32,000 nt of DNA. Origin: Pseudomonas aeruginosa. Lineage in GTDB: Bacteria > Pseudomonadota > Gammaproteobacteria > Pseudomonadales > Pseudomonadaceae. The position numbers were made by a program, and so were the translations under genes. How positions within the stretch are numbered: position 1 is the first letter of the stretch; each line of letters starts with the position of its first letter. Positions 27,193-32,000 of this stretch are shown in pieces. Location of the stretch: contig NZ_LN831024.1 of the NCBI RefSeq assembly GCF_001457615.1, forward strand, positions 4,680,001-4,712,000. The letters run 5' to 3'. Under the pieces are notes generated by a model. It was not told the DNA's origin. It was given only the letters and a program-made list of their open reading frames with translations, and did not search any database.

Positions 27193-28296
27193 ATGAACGT
27201 GCTTTTCGAAGAACGCCCGAGCCTGCATGGCTTCCGCATCGGCATTGCCACCCTGGATGCGGAAAAGAGTCTGAACGCCCTGTCCCTGCCGATGATCGAG
27301 GCCCTGGCGGCGAAACTCGACGCCTGGGCCGAGGACGCCGGCATCGCCTGCGTGCTGTTGCGCGGCAACGGCGCCAAGGCCTTTTGCGCCGGCGGCGACG
27401 TGCGCAAGCTGGTGGACGCCTGCCGCGAGCAACCCGGCGAGGTACCGGCCCTGGCGCGACGCTTCTTCGCCGATGAATACCGCCTCGACTACCGCATCCA
27501 TACCTACCCGAAACCCTTCATCTGCTGGGCCCACGGCTATGTGATGGGTGGCGGCATGGGGCTGATGCAGGGTGCCGGGATTCGCATCGTCACCCCGTCC
27601 AGCCGCCTGGCGATGCCGGAGATCGGCATCGGCCTGTACCCAGACGTCGGCGCCAGCTGGTTCCTCGCCCGCCTGCCCGGCAGGCTCGGCCTGTTCCTCG
27701 GCCTGAGCGCGGCGCAGATGAACGCCCGCGACGCTCTCGACCTCGACCTGGCCGACCGCTTCCTTCTCGACGACCAGCAGGACGCCCTGCTCGCCGGCCT
27801 GGTGCAGATGAACTGGAACGAGTCGCCCCAGGTGCAACTTCACAGCCTGCTTCGCGCCCTCGAACACGAGGCCCGCGGCGAACTGCCGGAGGCCCAGTTG
27901 CTCCCGCGCCGGCCGCGCCTGGACGCACTGCTCGACCAGCCGGACCTGGCGAGCGCCTGGCAGGCGCTGGTGGCGCTGCGCGACGACGCCGACCCGCTGC
28001 TTGCGCGTGGCGCGAAGACCCTGGCCGAGGGCTGCCCGATGACCGCGCATCTGGTCTGGCAGCAGATCGAGCGTGCGCGCTACCTGTCGCTGGCCGAGGT
28101 GTTCCGCCTGGAATACGCCATGAGCCTGAACTGCACGCGCCATCCGGACTTCGCCGAGGGGGTACGCGCAAGGCTGATCGATCGCGACAACGCACCGAAC
28201 TGGCATTGGCCGCAGGTGGAATCGATCCCGCAGGCGGTGATCGAGGCGCACTTCGAGCCGACCTGGGAGGGCGAGCATCCGCTGGCGGGGCTCTGA
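27193..28296 (+). CDS. Enoyl-CoA hydratase / 3-hydroxyisobutyryl-CoA hydrolase-like
   Basis: 367 aa from MNVLFEERPSLHGFRIGIATLD; GNGAKAFCAGGDVRKL, HGYVMGGGMGLMQGAGIRIVT, PEIGIGLYPDVGASWFL. Confidence 0.9.
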   Translation: MNVLFEERPSLHGFRIGIATLDAEKSLNALSLPMIEALAAKLDAWAEDAGIACVLLRGNGAKAFCAGGDVRKLVDACREQPGEVPALARRFFADEYRLDYRIHTYPKPFICWAHGYVMGGGMGLMQGAGIRIVTPSSRLAMPEIGIGLYPDVGASWFLARLPGRLGLFLGLSAAQMNARDALDLDLADRFLLDDQQDALLAGLVQMNWNESPQVQLHSLLRALEHEARGELPEAQLLPRRPRLDALLDQPDLASAWQALVALRDDADPLLARGAKTLAEGCPMTAHLVWQQIERARYLSLAEVFRLEYAMSLNCTRHPDFAEGVRARLIDRDNAPNWHWPQVESIPQAVIEAHFEPTWEGEHPLAGL

Positions 28297-28306
28297 TCCG
28301 CCGCGC

Positions 28307-28328
28307 CGCCCTCTGCCGAAGGAGGGCG
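28307..28328 (+). terminator. Weak stem-loop between the hydrolase and dehydrogenase genes
   Basis: CGCCCTC-N8-GAGGGCG with no T tract. Confidence 0.3.
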
Positions 28329-28407
28329 CGGGCCCGCCACGTCCATAGCGTCTAAGCTGTTTCACAGCATCCCCAAGAGGCCTCGCGGCCGCCACAGGAG
28401 GAGCTCC

Positions 28408-29304
28408 ATGAAACAGATCGCCTTCATCGGCCTCGGCCACATGGGCGCGCCGATGGCCACCAACCTGCTCAAGGCCGGCTACCTGCTGAACGTCTTCGAC
28501 CTGGTGCAGAGCGCCGTCGACGGCCTGGTCGCCGCCGGCGCCAGCGCCGCCCGCAGCGCCCGCGACGCGGTGCAGGGCGCCGACGTGGTCATCAGCATGC
28601 TGCCGGCCAGCCAGCACGTCGAAGGCCTGTACCTCGACGACGATGGCCTGCTCGCGCACATCGCCCCCGGCACCCTGGTGCTGGAATGCTCGACCATCGC
28701 CCCGACCTCGGCGCGCAAGGTCCACGCCGCCGCCCGCGAGCGCGGCCTGGCGATGCTCGACGCGCCGGTGTCCGGCGGCACTGCCGGCGCGGCAGCCGGC
28801 ACCCTGACCTTCATGGTCGGCGGCGACGCCGAAGCCCTGGAGAAGGCCCGGCCGCTGTTCGAGGCCATGGGTCGCAACATCTTCCATGCCGGCCCCGACG
28901 GCGCCGGCCAGGTGGCCAAGGTGTGCAACAACCAGCTCCTCGCGGTGCTGATGATCGGTACCGCAGAAGCCATGGCCCTGGGCGTGGCCAACGGCCTCGA
29001 CGCGAAGGTGCTGGCCGAGATCATGCGCCGCAGCTCCGGTGGCAACTGGGCGCTGGAAGTCTACAACCCCTGGCCGGGGGTGATGGAGAACGCTCCGGCG
29101 TCGCGCGACTACAGCGGCGGCTTCATGGCCCAGTTGATGGCCAAGGACCTCGGGCTGGCCCAGGAAGCCGCCCAGGCCAGCGCCAGCAGCACGCCGATGG
29201 GCAGCCTGGCGCTGAGCCTGTACCGTCTGCTGCTGAAGCAGGGCTATGCGGAGCGGGACTTTTCCGTGGTGCAGAAATTGTTCGATCCGACCCAAGGCCA
29301 ATAG
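28408..29304 (+). CDS. 3-hydroxyisobutyrate dehydrogenase-family NAD-dependent dehydrogenase
   Basis: 298 aa; MKQIAFIGLGHMGAPMATNLLKAGY, LDAPVSGGTAGAAAGTLTFMVGG, GAGQVAKVCNNQLL. Confidence 0.93.
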   Translation: MKQIAFIGLGHMGAPMATNLLKAGYLLNVFDLVQSAVDGLVAAGASAARSARDAVQGADVVISMLPASQHVEGLYLDDDGLLAHIAPGTLVLECSTIAPTSARKVHAAARERGLAMLDAPVSGGTAGAAAGTLTFMVGGDAEALEKARPLFEAMGRNIFHAGPDGAGQVAKVCNNQLLAVLMIGTAEAMALGVANGLDAKVLAEIMRRSSGGNWALEVYNPWPGVMENAPASRDYSGGFMAQLMAKDLGLAQEAAQASASSTPMGSLALSLYRLLLKQGYAERDFSVVQKLFDPTQGQ

Positions 29305-29360
29305 ACAGGCAGGCGGGTCCGCGCCCAGGCTGGTCGATTCGACGATGCGAGGAGCCCGCC

Positions 29361-30005
29361 TTGAACGCCCTGCTGCTGCGTTACCGTTTCCGCCTGCTGT
29401 TCTTTTCCACCGTGCTGTTCACGGCGATCCTCGGCCTGCCGTCGAGCACCAAGCCACGGGTGCTCGGCAGCCTCCTGCTGCTGGTGCTGGCCGGGATGAA
29501 CACCTTGCGCAGACGCAGTCCGCTGGTCTACCTGACGGCCTTCTTCGGCCTGTTCAGCCTGGCCCTGTACACCACTGCGGACTTCAGCAGTCCCTACTCC
29601 AGCCTGCCGCCCGGCCTGCTGCGCGGGCTGAGCCTGATCCTGCTGTACCTGACCCTGTTCGCCGCGCTGTTCCGCCGCGTCACCCAGGAGCGCCCGGTGA
29701 CCCACGAGCTGCTCTACGGACTCTGCGCGCTCTACCTGCAGATGGCGCTGGCCTTCGCTCTCGCCTACTACATGGTCGAACAGATGCAGCCGGCCAGCTT
29801 CATCGCCAGCCATGGCGCACTCGGCCTGGATACCTTCGTCTACTACAGCCTGGTGACCCTGACCACCGTGGGCTACGGCGACATCCAGGCGATCAACCCG
29901 CTGGCGCGCCTGCTGGCCGGCAGCGAAGGAGTGATCGGGGTCCTGTTCATCGCCCTCGCCGTGGCCCGCAGCCTGACCCTGATGAGCGACAGCGAGGAGG
30001 TCTGA
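29361..30005 (+). CDS. Small multi-TM ion channel-like protein with TTVGYGD selectivity filter
   Basis: About 214 aa from a TTG at 29361 (GGAG 7 nt upstream): LNALLLRYRFRLLFFSTVLF...YYSLVTLTTVGYGDIQAINPLARLLAG; ORF track gives a spurious start at 28686. Confidence 0.8.
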   Translation: MNALLLRYRFRLLFFSTVLFTAILGLPSSTKPRVLGSLLLLVLAGMNTLRRRSPLVYLTAFFGLFSLALYTTADFSSPYSSLPPGLLRGLSLILLYLTLFAALFRRVTQERPVTHELLYGLCALYLQMALAFALAYYMVEQMQPASFIASHGALGLDTFVYYSLVTLTTVGYGDIQAINPLARLLAGSEGVIGVLFIALAVARSLTLMSDSEEV

Positions 30006-30120
30006 TTATTAAGCTGGGCTAACGAGTGCATCCCCCGCGCAGCGGTTTATCCCGGCGAGCGCAGGGCGGATGATGCTGATCGACGCCGCTCTGCGGCATT
30101 TCTCGAACGGAAGGTGCAGC

Positions 30121-30762
30121 ATGAAAATCGCCCTGATCGGCGCCACCGGCCACGTCGGCCACTATTTCCTCAACGAAGCCCTGCAACGCGGCCACGCGGT
30201 GACCGCCCTGGTCCGCGACCCGGGCAAGCTGGCGGCGCGCGACGGCCTCTGCGTAGTGCAGGCGGACGTCAGCGACCCGGCCCAGGTGGCCAGCGCCGTG
30301 GCAGGCCACGAGGTGGTCATCAGCGCTTTCAACGGCGGCTGGGGTAGCGCCGACCTCCGCGCCCGCCACGCCGCCGGCAGCCAGGCCATTCTCGACGGCG
30401 TGAAACGCTCCGGCGTGCCGCGCCTGCTGGTTCTCGGCGGCGCCGGGAGCCTGGAGATCGCCCCCGGCCAGCGCCTGGTGGACAGCCCGGAATTCCCCGA
30501 GCAGTGGAAGCAGGGCGCCCTCGGCGCCGCCGACGCCCTCGACCAACTGCGCGGCGAGCAACGACTGGACTGGGTGTTCCTCAGCCCGGCGATGCTCCTC
30601 GAACCCGGCCAGCGCAGCGGCAAGTTCCGCCTCGGCGGCGACCAGGTCCTGTTCGACGCCAAGGGCGAGAGCCGGATTTCCCTGGAAGACCTGGCGGTAG
30701 CCATGCTCGACGAGGCCGAGCAGCCCCGTCATCATCGCCAGCGCTTCACCGTGGCCTACTGA
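30121..30762 (+). CDS. NAD(P)-binding (NmrA/NAD-dependent epimerase-like) protein
   Basis: 213 aa from MKIALIGATGHVGHYFLNEALQRGHAVTALVRDPGKL. Confidence 0.88.
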   Translation: MKIALIGATGHVGHYFLNEALQRGHAVTALVRDPGKLAARDGLCVVQADVSDPAQVASAVAGHEVVISAFNGGWGSADLRARHAAGSQAILDGVKRSGVPRLLVLGGAGSLEIAPGQRLVDSPEFPEQWKQGALGAADALDQLRGEQRLDWVFLSPAMLLEPGQRSGKFRLGGDQVLFDAKGESRISLEDLAVAMLDEAEQPRHHRQRFTVAY

Positions 30763-30769
30763 AAAGACC

Positions 30770-30790
30770 AGGCGCCCCTCTCGGGCGCCT
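30770..30790. terminator. Hairpin between convergent genes
   Basis: AGGCGCCC-CTCTC-GGGCGCCT perfect 8-bp stem between the NAD(P)-binding gene and sdsA1; no T tract. Confidence 0.6.
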
Positions 30791-30796
30791 TCGTCG

Positions 30797-32000
<1,204 letters not shown>

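Noticed and set aside
26121-27407. 428-aa plus ORF overlapping dspI
   Set aside because: Out of frame with and, by composition, a shadow of the dspI-like gene, whose frame carries intact crotonase motifs.
27088-29301. 737-aa minus ORF
   Set aside because: Antisense to the hydrolase and 3-hydroxyisobutyrate DH-family genes; typical GC-driven open frame.

Overview
GC-rich, almost gap-free chromosomal window whose gene content and order match the Pseudomonas aeruginosa core genome (recognised from memory, no database search run). From left to right: partial era, rnc, a DUF4845-type gene, lepB and lepA (all -); the alginate/envelope-stress operon algU-mucA-mucB-mucC-mucD (-); divergent nadB (+); ygfX/sdhE (-); ygfZ and an HDOD gene (+); a TctE/TctD two-component system (-) divergent from opdH-tctC-tctB-tctA-AbrB (+); ung, a VanW-like gene and an AraC-family regulator (-); a divergent mmsA-like/acyl-CoA dehydrogenase/enoyl-CoA hydratase (dspI-like)/hydrolase/dehydrogenase cluster (+); a small ion-channel gene and an NAD(P)-binding gene (+); and partial sdsA1 (-). 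I see no phage, transposon, CRISPR, rRNA/tRNA or defence island, and no clear new multi-gene system. The most interesting signals are regulatory: (1) a perfect 9-bp stem that would bury the algU Shine-Dalgarno, (2) two AlgU-type promoters and two further inverted repeats in the algU leader, (3) a 15-bp direct repeat with 21-bp period between the AraC gene and the aldehyde dehydrogenase gene, (4) an 11-bp tandem repeat between tctD and opdH, (5) a 16-bp perfect palindrome before the HDOD gene. mucA is full length with a wild-type G5 tract. Several very long six-frame ORFs are antisense artefacts.
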